DNA from: Polyangiaceae bacterium
Lineage (GTDB): Bacteria > Myxococcota_A > Polyangia > Polyangiales > Polyangiaceae
Length of the DNA stretch: 64,000 nt
Reading direction: 5' to 3'
Assembly (NCBI GenBank): GCA_965222375.1
Contig: CBDCTZ010000016.1
Span: forward strand, 2,016,001-2,080,000
Shown here: positions 39,790 through 49,889 of the stretch, piece by piece
Position numbering within the stretch: the first letter of the stretch is position 1
Layout: each line of letters begins with the position of its first letter
Notes under the pieces: model-generated
What the model was told of the DNA's origin: nothing
Seen by the model: only the letters and a program-made list of their open reading frames with translations
The model's database searches: none
Position numbers and translations under genes: made by a program

Positions 39790-41866
39790 GAAGATCGGCG
39801 AACACCACGTGGCGCGACGCGCGATCCTGTACGTACGCCAGTCGTCCCAGCAACAGCTGATGAACAACCGCGAAAGCCAGCGGCAGCAATACGCGATGCG
39901 TGACCGATTGCGCGAGTTGGGGTTTCGCGAGGTCGACGTGATCGATGAGGACCTGGGCAAATCGGCAGCTGGGTCCGTCGAGCGCAGAGGTTTCCGCCGG
40001 CTGGTCGCTGACGTTTCCCTTGGTCAGGTGGGTGCCGTGGCCGCCCGGGAAGTTTCGCGTTTCGCGCGCAACAGTCGGGAGTGGCAGCAACTCATCGAGA
40101 TCTGTCGCGTGGTCGACACGCTGCTGGTGGATCACGACACGGTGTATGCGCCGCGACATAGCAACGACCGTTTGCTCTTGGGGCTCAAGGGCAGCCTCAA
40201 CGAGTACGAGCTCGACCTGCTACGCATGCGTGGATTGGAGGCACAAAGGCAGAAAGCGCAGCGCGGGGAATTGGTTGCGGGCGTTCCGGTGGGTTACCGA
40301 GTGGGAGGTGATGGACGCCTCGAGAAGGCGCCGGACGCACGTATCCGGCAGGCCATCGAGCTAGTCTTCTCCAAGTTCTTCGAACTGGGTAGTGCGCGAC
40401 AGGTGGTGATATGGATGCGCGAGAGCGGCATTCAGACACCCGTGAACCGCAATCGGCGTGGCGAGGTTGTCTGGAAGAAGCCGACGGCCGACTTCGTCTA
40501 TCGGACACTGAAGAATCCGATTTATGCGGGCGCCTACGTGTACGGACGGACCAAAGTCCACACCCGTATCGTGGACGGACAGCCCCGACGTGCCGCTACG
40601 CGAGTGCCTCGAGACCAGTGGTCGGTGTTGCTTCGGGACCGTCACGAGGCATATATCAGCTGGGAGCAGTTCGAGCGTGCGTCACAAATGTTGTCAAAGA
40701 ACGAACAGAGGCGAGGAGCAGCAGGAGCACCCAAGGGTGGCGCTGCACTCCTGGGCGGCCTCGTTTGGTGTCGCCGTTGCGGCCGCCGCCTGGGCGTGAG
40801 TTATAGCGGGACAAAGCAAGGTATTGCTCGCTACACATGCAACGATGACCACGACCGCTCCGGTGGACCGCGATGCATCTCGTTCAGCGCAACCGACGTG
40901 GACGCGCAGATCGTCGAGCGGGTGCTCGCTGTCGTGCGGCCGGGTGCGATCGAAGCTGCCCACGTTGCATGGGACCAGGACGTGGCGGAACGTGATGATG
41001 CCGTGGCTGCGCTGGAACTGCAGCTGCAACAGGCGCGCTACGAGGCTCAACGCGCTGAACGTCAATACGATGCTGTCGAGCCTGAAAACCGCACCGTGGC
41101 CGTCGAACTCGAGCGCCGATGGAATACTGCCCTCGAAGCCGTACGCACAGTCGAGCAGCGCATCGGCGAGGCCACGGCAACGCGGGCAGAGGTCTCGCGC
41201 CCACCCGACATCGGGCGATATCTCGAGCTCGCACGCGACGTGGAACGCGTGTGGACAGCGCCTACGACCAAGCCATCCACGAAGAAACGCATCACGCGCG
41301 CTGTGGTGGAGCAGGTTTGGGTTGACGTGGACACCGAGCGCTCCGAGATCCTCCTCGTCGTGCACTGGAAGGGAGGGGTGCACACCGAGTTACGTGTCCC
41401 CAAGCGTCGCACTGGCCAACGTCGCAACACCACAGCTGCCGAAGTCGTCGAAGCCGTGCGCGTGCTCGCGCGCGTCATGGGCGACATGCAGATCGCCCGA
41501 TGGCTTGGGCGCGCTGGTGTGCGCACGCCCACGGGAGGCCACTACAGCCGGGCGCTGGTCGCGTCTGTACGCCATCGATACAAGATCGAACCGTGCTCGA
41601 AGCAGCGTGATCGGGGCGAATGGCTGACCTGCGAAGAAGCTGCAGCTCTTGTTCAGGTCGATCCGAAGACGCTACGACGCGCAGCGCAGCGAAACGAAAT
41701 TCCCTCGCAGCATCCGCTACCGAATGGACCCTGGATCTTCGCTCGCAGCGATGTCGTGGGCTCGGACGCAGCCGAGCGCATCACCACCCGAGCACGTGCA
41801 TACCGACAAGGCAAGAACACTGGACCTGCACCGAACCAACTCAACCTAACAATTCCAAAGACATAG
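39782..41866 (+). CDS. Large serine recombinase
   Basis: Protein identical to copy 1; GGGAGG RBS. Confidence 0.95.
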   Translation: MNEKIGEHHVARRAILYVRQSSQQQLMNNRESQRQQYAMRDRLRELGFREVDVIDEDLGKSAAGSVERRGFRRLVADVSLGQVGAVAAREVSRFARNSREWQQLIEICRVVDTLLVDHDTVYAPRHSNDRLLLGLKGSLNEYELDLLRMRGLEAQRQKAQRGELVAGVPVGYRVGGDGRLEKAPDARIRQAIELVFSKFFELGSARQVVIWMRESGIQTPVNRNRRGEVVWKKPTADFVYRTLKNPIYAGAYVYGRTKVHTRIVDGQPRRAATRVPRDQWSVLLRDRHEAYISWEQFERASQMLSKNEQRRGAAGAPKGGAALLGGLVWCRRCGRRLGVSYSGTKQGIARYTCNDDHDRSGGPRCISFSATDVDAQIVERVLAVVRPGAIEAAHVAWDQDVAERDDAVAALELQLQQARYEAQRAERQYDAVEPENRTVAVELERRWNTALEAVRTVEQRIGEATATRAEVSRPPDIGRYLELARDVERVWTAPTTKPSTKKRITRAVVEQVWVDVDTERSEILLVVHWKGGVHTELRVPKRRTGQRRNTTAAEVVEAVRVLARVMGDMQIARWLGRAGVRTPTGGHYSRALVASVRHRYKIEPCSKQRDRGEWLTCEEAAALVQVDPKTLRRAAQRNEIPSQHPLPNGPWIFARSDVVGSDAAERITTRARAYRQGKNTGPAPNQLNLTIPKT

Positions 41867-42207
41867 CGAGGTGATGCATCATGAAGCGTCCTTCATGCGA
41901 CGCCCGAGGCAAGATGGACAAAAGCCGCGTCGCTTACAGCTGAAGGCGACCAGCTCAGAGTAACCGCAGTCGCGACAAGCAAGGCGCAAGCAACCATGCT
42001 CGAGCAAGCCGCAGCGCAGGTACTCCTCAAACTCGGCAGTCACGAAGCGAGGCAGACCGCCGTGCTCCTCCGCGCGCTCGAGGAACGCCGGCCAGTGCTT
42101 CTGCACCGTCTGGTAGAGCACGGTGGTTTCAGGGCGATGACGGAACCGGGAATGCTCGGGCTCGCGGCGAGGGTGTGCGTGCGCTGGGTGACCCACGCCA
42201 TGGCGTT

Positions 42208-42223
42208 AGCCAGGAGCGTGCCG
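42208..42223 (-). promoter_or_regulatory. Possible sigma54 promoter of transposase copy 2
   Basis: CGGCACGCTCCTGGCT (GG-N10-GC). Confidence 0.3.
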
Positions 42224-42930
42224 CTCACGCTATGCCAGCAATTGCGCGCATACAGGCCTCTCGCGGGTGGCGAGGCGCCCGCCTCGGCATTGGCGAAGTG
42301 CCAGCGGAGGGCAGCAGCAGGAACTCGGGCTCACGGCCAGCACGCTTTGGCGGATGGCGCTGTGCATGCACGCGGGCCCGCGCCGGAAGGGCGGCGCTGT
42401 CGCCGTGCCTCCTTGCTCGCCCCGCTCGTGTCGTGTGCTTAGGAGACGCTCGGCCCATTGCCGGACCTCGAAGAAACGGTCGATGACGGGCTGGGTGGCC
42501 CATCCCCCCAAAACAAACCGGCTCGATCAGGTCAGGACTTGGTCGACTCGCTTGAAGGCTCGGCTGGAGGGGCCGAGTTTGGCGGAGACGCCGGCACTCC
42601 GAGTCGCAAGATTGCGCTCACGCTGACGCGGCAGCACCGCCGCCCATCCCTGTTCAACCAGCCGGCTCTAGGCTGCGCGTACGTGGCCATCTTTCATTTC
42701 TGAGCGCTTTCGGCTGCTCCACGAATGCACCCGCGCCGCAATGTCCCTCAGGTCATCTGTGCTCCCACCGTGGGTCCTGACCCAATGCACGGTACCCAGG
42801 AGCTCCATCCCAAGAGGCGTCTCGAAGCCCTTCGATCAGCTTCGCGACTCGTGCGAGGCGCTGCACCGACTCGGGGCGCTCTCCCAAAAGCTCTGCGCCG
42901 CCTCCACAGAGCCTGGGAAGGCTGCAACCT

Positions 42931-43689
42931 TCACTTGCTCGCACCGTTTGGGGCTCGATGTGGCTCTGGCGCCGGCCGCCGCTCCGGGCTTTCGCGGTCC
43001 GGCGCGGGCTCGGCGCGGGGCGGAAAGCTGACCCGCTTGCGGACGCCACCGGTGACCAGGAGAGCAGTGAGGCCACCGGCTTGGTTGGCGTCTTCGGGAA
43101 GCATCAACCGGACCCAACCGTCTTCGGCGGTCGTGCCAGTGACGAGGCGACCGTCGGGTAGGCGTAGGTGCACCTTGCGACTGGGCGCCGGATCCCGGTC
43201 CGTCGTGCGCTTCAATCGGCTGTCATCGCGGAACAGTTCAACGCGTTCGTGGGTGCTGATCAGGCTGAGGTCGTAGAGCAGTCGCACCGTGCCGACGGGA
43301 ATGGCGACGAGCGGCACGCCGTACCGGAGCTCCGGACGCGCATCACGAACACCCAGCAGAGCGGCCCCGCCAAGGATCACTCCCAAGTCGACTAGCATGA
43401 CGGCGAGCGGAGGTTGCTCGGAACGCGTGATTCTCACCTGCTGGGTGTCAACTGTACCCTTGGCGCACCGCCGAAGCTCGCGCACGCGGACGTCCACCCC
43501 ATCTGCACGCGGGGTAACCGTTGCATCGTGCTGCTCTTGGCAATTGTGCACGAACTTCGAGTCGCTGGTGATCAACCGCCGCGTCTCGCTCGTGCTTGCA
43601 CCCACGCACGACAGCAACACTACGCTAGTCGCCGCGGCTGAAGCTATTGGTAGGCTCGACCTTGCCAAAGACCCTTCCCAGCAAGGCAC
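42931..43689 (-). CDS. Hypothetical lipoprotein/membrane protein
   Basis: VVLLSC lipobox-like motif and hydrophobic segments. Confidence 0.5.
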   Translation of the reverse strand: MPCWEGSLARSSLPIASAAATSVVLLSCVGASTSETRRLITSDSKFVHNCQEQHDATVTPRADGVDVRVRELRRCAKGTVDTQQVRITRSEQPPLAVMLVDLGVILGGAALLGVRDARPELRYGVPLVAIPVGTVRLLYDLSLISTHERVELFRDDSRLKRTTDRDPAPSRKVHLRLPDGRLVTGTTAEDGWVRLMLPEDANQAGGLTALLVTGGVRKRVSFPPRAEPAPDRESPERRPAPEPHRAPNGASK

Positions 43690-45161
43690 TAGTCCGGCGG
43701 CGTTCCCGGTCCGAGGGAGTCGAGACGAATGCGCACGATGGTGGTGGAATCGTCGGGGAACTGTGCGGTGGAAAAGACCTCGTCGTTGCTGAAACCGAGC
43801 GGCTCGTCGAAACCGGCGCCCTTGAGAATGGAGGGCATCTTCACGAGCCAGGAGACCCCGTCCGCGAGCCGAACGACCAGCAGATCCTTCGTAATCTTGT
43901 CGGCGCCGCCTACCCAGGTGTCCACCTGACGTGCGGCGTAGCCCACGCCCACTGCGAAGCCCGTCGGAATGAGCGGTCCGGGATCGGACCTGAGGCGCCG
44001 CGCCGTCGTCTCAACCGTGGCCTGGTCCGTCGAGAACGGAGCGGTCATGACTGACTGCGTGCTGAACTTGCCCGTGGCGGTCGTGAACGTGCCTTCGCCA
44101 TGGGTCCAGACCAGATCGCTGCCGTCGGTCCCGAAGTTGGCAGCGGCGCGGGTGTAGTCTCCGGGGTAGCGAATCAACGGCTGCGCACCCGTCTTCTCCG
44201 TCCACGCCATGACTCCAGACGCAACTCCAGAGCCAACACGAAACAAGACCGTGGGTCCGACGCCCTGCACGTTGTACGGAGGCAATCCCTCCACATCCTT
44301 GCTCGGGTCGAAGATCGTCACCTCGGCACCCGGACTGTCGAATCGCCGGCCGAATAGTCCGCTCTTCCAACGGATGATCCACTCGCTGGTCATGCGCCAG
44401 CTGGTGTGGTTGTACTGCTCGAGAGGTTGCTGGTAGGAAGCGTCGGGAAGGTGACCAATGGCGCCGCCCACGAACCCCTCGGTTCCCTTGACCTCGCCGC
44501 TATTGAAGTCACCGACCGCACCGAACAGGAACTTGCCGCCCTGCACGCCTCGGTCAGCGAGGGAACAGCCGAGCCCCACCTCCACGAACGCGTTGCGCAC
44601 CACGCCATCCGCTTCGGCCACGACGCTGTGACGCACAGCGTTGGTGCTATCGACCAGACGGAGGCGTGCGAACTGCAACACCACCTCCTTGGTTGCCTCG
44701 TCGTACCAGAACTTCGGGTGGAGCCGCATGGCCCCACTACTCGCCGTCCACGACGTTTTCATTCGCCGGCAGGACACACCAATCGGCCCGGGCTCTGGGC
44801 AGGGCTCCCACTCCACCGGGTCGAGCGCCTTGGCGCCAGGTCCGGGCACGTAGAAGCGACAGCCGCAGGAGTAGCCCGTGTACTCCAGGAAGCCCGCCGG
44901 CACCTCCTTCGGCAAGGGTTGTGACCCGCAGCCACCGTCGTTGCCGCTGCCTCCACTCCCACCACTCGAGATCGTACCGGCAGTTCCACCTCCCCAGACC
45001 AGGCCACCGCTACCTCCTGCACCACTCGCGCCCGCTCCGCCGCCACTGGGCTCTGCTGCGGAGCCGTCGTCCTCACTACAGCCACAGCCCGTGCTGGCAA
45101 GCAACGCAAGCAAAGCGGCCAGTCGCCGTGGATCCGTCATCACATCCCGTGGGGTGCGCAC
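43689..45161 (-). CDS. Lipoprotein with Gly-rich linker
   Basis: LLASTGCGC lipobox and GG-rich linker. Confidence 0.7.
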   Translation of the reverse strand: MRTPRDVMTDPRRLAALLALLASTGCGCSEDDGSAAEPSGGGAGASGAGGSGGLVWGGGTAGTISSGGSGGSGNDGGCGSQPLPKEVPAGFLEYTGYSCGCRFYVPGPGAKALDPVEWEPCPEPGPIGVSCRRMKTSWTASSGAMRLHPKFWYDEATKEVVLQFARLRLVDSTNAVRHSVVAEADGVVRNAFVEVGLGCSLADRGVQGGKFLFGAVGDFNSGEVKGTEGFVGGAIGHLPDASYQQPLEQYNHTSWRMTSEWIIRWKSGLFGRRFDSPGAEVTIFDPSKDVEGLPPYNVQGVGPTVLFRVGSGVASGVMAWTEKTGAQPLIRYPGDYTRAAANFGTDGSDLVWTHGEGTFTTATGKFSTQSVMTAPFSTDQATVETTARRLRSDPGPLIPTGFAVGVGYAARQVDTWVGGADKITKDLLVVRLADGVSWLVKMPSILKGAGFDEPLGFSNDEVFSTAQFPDDSTTIVRIRLDSLGPGTPPD

Positions 45162-46365
45162 TTGTGCCGATGAATCGGCTTCAGCGGCAGCGTTTCCAAG
45201 CGCTTCACGCGTGGTGGCTTCTTCTTGCCCTTGCGCCGCGTGACAAGCCAGTAGCCGGCATCGTCGACCACCGGCGCCATCGCCAGACGATGCTTTCGCA
45301 GCGTGGAGGTTTCTATGCTCAGCTCATCGCCGTCTTTGGAAAACCGCACCAAGAGGTGCTTGGGCCAGAGCTTCCCCGACAGCGCTAGGAGCACAGAACC
45401 ATCTCGATCCGTGACGAGATGGTGCTCGAAGAGGTGGCGAAACGAAAGCCGCTCCAGGAGCACGTCTACATGGCCGCTTTCCGGATCGATGGTCAGCAGG
45501 CGCCGGCGCACGAACGGCTTCCAATGCGCGGGGATCTCGTCCAATAGCCACAGCAGCCGGTCGCGATGAGAGTACGTAGCGGCACGTATGGATCCGAGCG
45601 AGGCATCCAGGCCAATCGATTGCCAACCGGGTTCTTCCAGGTACGCGATCCGTAAATGCCCTAGCAGATCCGAGACCGGGCCGCCCAACTGGAACAGCCG
45701 TCCGGTGCTTCGACTGTACACCGTAGTGAACTCTGAACTCGGACCCGAGGATGACGAGGGCTTGACCGGCGAGGCCTTGGCCGATGTGGACTGAAGCGAC
45801 GGTCCCGGGCCGATGATGGTGCCTTGCACGTCCGCTTGTGACAGCAAGCGACCGTTCGCAAAATACGCCGCTTCAGCCACCGAGCCGGTCGCTGGCTCGA
45901 TGCCGACGGCCAAAGGAGCCGACCAGCTCTTGCCGAGGTGAGCGGATGGTTCGGCCTGGTTCACCCATTCCAAGCCCTGCGCGAAGCTCGCGCCGAGGCT
46001 CTCACTGATCGGCGCGCGCAACGGAGCCAGCGAACCGACCGTCGTGAGCACTCCCGCGTCGCCGCCAGGCAGTACCGCGAGCACCCGAGATACCCGCAGG
46101 GGAAGCGCCGGCAGCTCTTCGAGACTGCACACGATGCATTCCGCAGCGGGCAGGCCCAGCGCCGGGCCGCAGTGCGGGCAATCGCGGCTGATAATCGGGA
46201 AGAACTGGGCGGGAAGCGGGCCGAGCAGGTTGACCGAGCGGTGGTACGCGTCGACCGGCTCGTAGTGGTTGGCAAGGCCTGTCGCGGCCACTGGCGCGAG
46301 TTCCGAAAGGTGAATGCCGGTGCCCAGGCTGTTGTCGGTCGTGCCGATGGGCGTGCTGGCATGGG
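45140..46365 (-). pseudogene. 3' part of an unknown gene, 5' end replaced by an IS91 derivative
   Basis: The upstream part of ORF 45140-46693 is antisense transposase sequence. Confidence 0.6.
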
Positions 46366-47054
46366 GCATTCCCGGTTCCGTCATCGCCCTGAAACCACCG
46401 TGCTCTACCAGACGGTGCAGAAGAAGTCGTTCTTCGCACCGAGCACGAGTCGTGCCCGAACCGCCCGCCGACGATGCCACACACAAGCCCCCTCCCGCTC
46501 GAGGCGACCAGCTAGAGTTGCTCGACGAGTCAGACGACGCTCCGCCCTCTCGCAAGCGTTGGGCCTGGCTGCTCGCGCACGTCTTCAGGGCGGACATGGA
46601 GCACTGCCCTCGCTGCAACGGCCCGTTACGACGCGCTTCGTGATACCCGACGGGGTGATGGGCCGAGATTGCGACCACCCGCGCCGACATCACGCGGCTC
46701 CTGGCTGAGCAAGACCCTTGGGAATCCCACCCCTTCGGGTGTTCCGCAGCGGCTCCGACGGGGGACGGCCTTGGCCCGCGAGCTCCTCCGTGCCCTCGGG
46801 CTCAGCTGCCCGTGCCCGACCAGCTGCTGCTCCTGTTCCCGGGCAGCCCGATTGAGTGACCCGCACCGCGGTTCGGCCGACTTGCATCCTGCGCCTCGCC
46901 GACATCTCCGAAAAACCACCCTTTCGGCGCCCGGCTCACACGTCTGTCCGCTCCCCCTCCAAGCGGCTCCGCTGTTGGCCGCCCTGCCCAAACCGAAAAC
47001 TGCCTCCCCTACGCTCCCCCTCCCTCCTTTTCACACTTCGAATGTCCTACGCGC
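46366..47054 (+). mobile_element. Internally deleted non-autonomous IS91-like derivative
   Basis: RFRHRPETTVLYQTVQK jumps at ~46423 to the C-terminal HRARVVP..RKRWAWLLAHVF..CPRCNG; ends TTCGAATGTCCTACGCGC. Confidence 0.85.
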
Positions 47055-47930
47055 CTGAAGGGGATCTTACCGTTGGCAGGCACCCGCAACGCCGACATTT
47101 TGACCAGCTTCGGCGCCTTCCCTGCATAGGCTGCCACCTTCGGAACCAGCGCGAAGGGAGTGTACGCTGCCAAATCCCCGGGAGGCTTCGTTGTGTTGCT
47201 CATGTCCGTTATGCAACCACACAGGGCCAGGGCCGACAGCCCTAGCAACGCCAACCTCCACATCAACCGGAGGCTAACATGGATCAGTCCGTACACCTCG
47301 GCTCGGGTCCCGACCTTCACGAATGCGCTACGATGGCGGGGGCGACCAGCAGTGCAGCAGCGGCGTCCCCGGTTCACGATACACGCCGGTGTAGGTTTCG
47401 CCGGGGACCTTCCCTCGGCCTGGATCATCGTCCAGTGCACGCCGTCGTTCCGTGCGCTCTCGAGCCACACCATCATGCGGCCGTAGAGGACGTTGTTCGG
47501 TACTGGAAACACCGGGGCGTTCTTCAACTGTAGCCCCAGTACAGGACGCTGCCGTCACTCTTCAACGCACAAGAGTGCCTGTCCCCAAGCGCCATACTGA
47601 CCACCGAGGTTAGACCGGGTACTGGTCCCGGAGCCAAGAACCCCCCAAGGGTTCCGCGCCCAAGCTTTCCCGACACGTTGCTCCCCCAGCATTCCGGCGT
47701 CCCGCCAACCAACGCGCAGGCGTGGTCCACCCCAACGAACACCGCGGTGGGTTCGCCGCTCAAGGACACGGCGACAGGCGCGGTAGAGGATACCGGCGGG
47801 AGAATCCCCCAACACCAGACTTTCCGACTACCGTCGGGACCATCCACCGCGCACCCGGCCCATCTTCCAGCACGCACGCTTCGCGGCTGGGTCAGCGCTG
47901 GCAGCTCAAACGGCACGGATGTGGCTTCCA
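47055..47930 (-). pseudogene. Mosaic of gene fragments (lipoprotein N-terminus, unknown piece, RCC1 repeats)
   Basis: MWRLALLGLSALALCGC cut at the oriIS-like end; VGVDHACAL..CWGSN..LGDRHSCAL RCC1 motifs. Confidence 0.55.
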
Positions 47931-48179
47931 GGGTGGTCTTCTTTCCGATCTGACCGCCCGTCGTGCGCCCTCCGCAACGCAACTTGCCACCGCGGTTCGG
48001 CCGACTTGCATCGTGCGCCTCGCCGACATCTCCGAAAAACCACCCTTTCGGCGCCCGGCTCACCCGTCTGTCCGCTCCCGATGCAATCGTCCCCGCCGTT
48101 GGCCGCCCCTCACAACCCGAACCCCTGCTTGCCCACAACCTCCACACCCGCGTTTTCACAGTTCGAATGTCCTACGCGC
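47930..48179 (+). mobile_element. Solo IS91-like oriIS end
   Basis: 47988-48179 matches 46864-47054; ends TTTTCACAGTTCGAATGTCCTACGCGC; left limit approximate. Confidence 0.8.
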
Positions 48180-48310
48180 TCCAGTAATCTGTGGTGAGGG
48201 AATGGCTTAACATCCTTGAGCTTGCGTGGGGTGTTCGGAGCCTCAGACTGCGGCGCGAGCTCCGGATCGACGTATATGAAAAGCTTCCATGTTAGCGTCC
48301 CCGGGAAACT

Positions 48311-49633
48311 GTGAGGGTGATTGCATACATTTCCCTGTTGCTGGCAGCCGCGCCGGGATGCAGTGATGATGACAAATTGGTTCGGTCGTCGCCCGGCGGC
48401 GGAGGTGTGGCTTCCGGCGGGGTGGGCGGCGCTGCGGGCGCGAGCGGCGCTGCGGGCACTGGTGGCGCGCCCCTTCCGGAAATATCCCAGCTGATTTCTC
48501 TGCACCCCGACTCGATCTACGAATCCGAGCCCCACATTGCCGCTGACGGCAGGGGGCATCTAGTGGCGGCTTGGATCGCACTAGCGCCGACCCCGCGCGT
48601 CGCCTACGGGGTCTCCGCTGACGACGGAGCTACCTGGTCCGTGCCACGGTTTGCGCCCGATCCCGGTCTCCCTCGCGCAGGCGATCCCGCAGTCGCCGTG
48701 GATCGAGATGGTCGTTTCTTCTTGGCCTGGCTCGCCTTCAGCGGACCTGCCGGTGCAACTCCGAACGACGGCCGGGTGGTCGTCGCACAGATCGACCCGC
48801 AGACGGCCGGTGCTGGACCGTTTCGAACGGTATCGGACAGTAGCGATGCCACGCGAAGCCTCGACAAACCTTGGATCGCCTCCACTCCTTCAGGGGTACT
48901 CATCATCGCGTGGGTAGATTTGGCCAACAGTCGAACGTGGGTGGCGCGCTCGACCGATGGCGGGGACAATTTCGAAACCACCGTCGTGCAGGAGGGCAGC
49001 CAAGAGTTTGCGCCCGCGCTCTGTGCCGACCCGGCCAATGACAATGTGTATCTGCTGACTTGGCGAGACCAAGTGTACCGTTCAGGAGATGGCGGACTGT
49101 CGTGGAAGCTTGCGGCAGGGGATCCCGATGACTCAGGGACCCCCGCGCCACAGATGTTGTCGTGCGCCGCCAAGGACGGACAGCTGTGGGTCGCTTATGG
49201 CGACGGTACTGGCTCGCCAGGCGGGCCAACCTCACACCCGGCCAATCAAGTGCACGTTGTCCGTTCGACGGATGGGGGTGAGAGCTTTCAAGAAAACGTG
49301 ACCGCGTCTGGGCCTCTCCCGCCGGTGGGGTTCTTGGACCACCTCAACTACATGCTTGTCCCACATGACGACGGCATCCTCGACTTGCTGTACTACGTTG
49401 GCGAAGAGGGCGGGCCCGCGACGCTCGAACGCAGCATCTCGAGGGACGGAGGATTGACGTTCGCAAGGCGCACCCACGCGCTGCCGGGTACCTACACCAA
49501 CTCGCGCTCATCCCAGGCGTGGCTGGGCGACTACCTCGGCGTCGCAGTAAGCACCCATCACTACGCCACCTTCGCGGACAATAGCGGGGCCCTCGGCCGC
49601 AGTCACATTCGCTTCACCCGATCTGCGCGCTGA
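48311..49633 (+). CDS. Sialidase-like/BNR-repeat lipoprotein
   Basis: Lipobox APGC; repeated Asp-boxes (SADDGATW, STDGGDNF, STDGGESF, SRDGGLTF). Confidence 0.8.
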   Translation: MRVIAYISLLLAAAPGCSDDDKLVRSSPGGGGVASGGVGGAAGASGAAGTGGAPLPEISQLISLHPDSIYESEPHIAADGRGHLVAAWIALAPTPRVAYGVSADDGATWSVPRFAPDPGLPRAGDPAVAVDRDGRFFLAWLAFSGPAGATPNDGRVVVAQIDPQTAGAGPFRTVSDSSDATRSLDKPWIASTPSGVLIIAWVDLANSRTWVARSTDGGDNFETTVVQEGSQEFAPALCADPANDNVYLLTWRDQVYRSGDGGLSWKLAAGDPDDSGTPAPQMLSCAAKDGQLWVAYGDGTGSPGGPTSHPANQVHVVRSTDGGESFQENVTASGPLPPVGFLDHLNYMLVPHDDGILDLLYYVGEEGGPATLERSISRDGGLTFARRTHALPGTYTNSRSSQAWLGDYLGVAVSTHHYATFADNSGALGRSHIRFTRSAR

Positions 49634-49889
49634 AGCGGCACCTCGAAGGCCTATGACGCGCGTGAGCCCCATCGTAGGCCTTGCCCACCTCGCTCAGCAG
49701 CAATCGCCGATGCACAGTGGCCCACAGATGGCAATAAGGAGGGTCCACCCCTCGAGATTGATGGCAGCCTGGGATGTCCGCGTAAATGCCTGCCGTCACC
49801 CGGCGCCCCTCTCAGGAAAGCCGCGCCTCCGGGCGCCGGACTGGAACAAGCAGGGAAGAAATATCCCACCTGGCCGTACATCGCGGGAC

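Larger units (their letters stand above)
39295..41896 (+). mobile_element. LSR element copy 2 (2602 bp)
   Basis: CAT cores at 39295-39297 and 41894-41896; inverted relative to copy 1. Confidence 0.92.
38029..42196 (-). pseudogene. IS91-family Y2 transposase split by the LSR element (522 aa when rejoined)
   Basis: 101 aa ending CLGRRM plus 421 aa starting ADTAVHLE; in frame, no stops. Confidence 0.9.
37849..42310 (-). mobile_element. IS91/ISCR-like element copy 2, otherwise intact, carrying the LSR element
   Basis: Zn-finger N-terminus at 42196-41894; HUH LNVHFH, KYITRP and RYFG at 39294-38029; oriIS-like end ..TTCGATTGTCCTACGCGC at 37849; far boundary approximate. Confidence 0.85.

Noticed and set aside
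42225..42503. Second transposase start (MGHPARH...)
   Set aside because: Similarity stops after five residues; treated as coincidence.
45140..46693. 517-aa ORF as a real full-length gene
   Set aside because: The first ~110 codons are antisense IS91-derived sequence.
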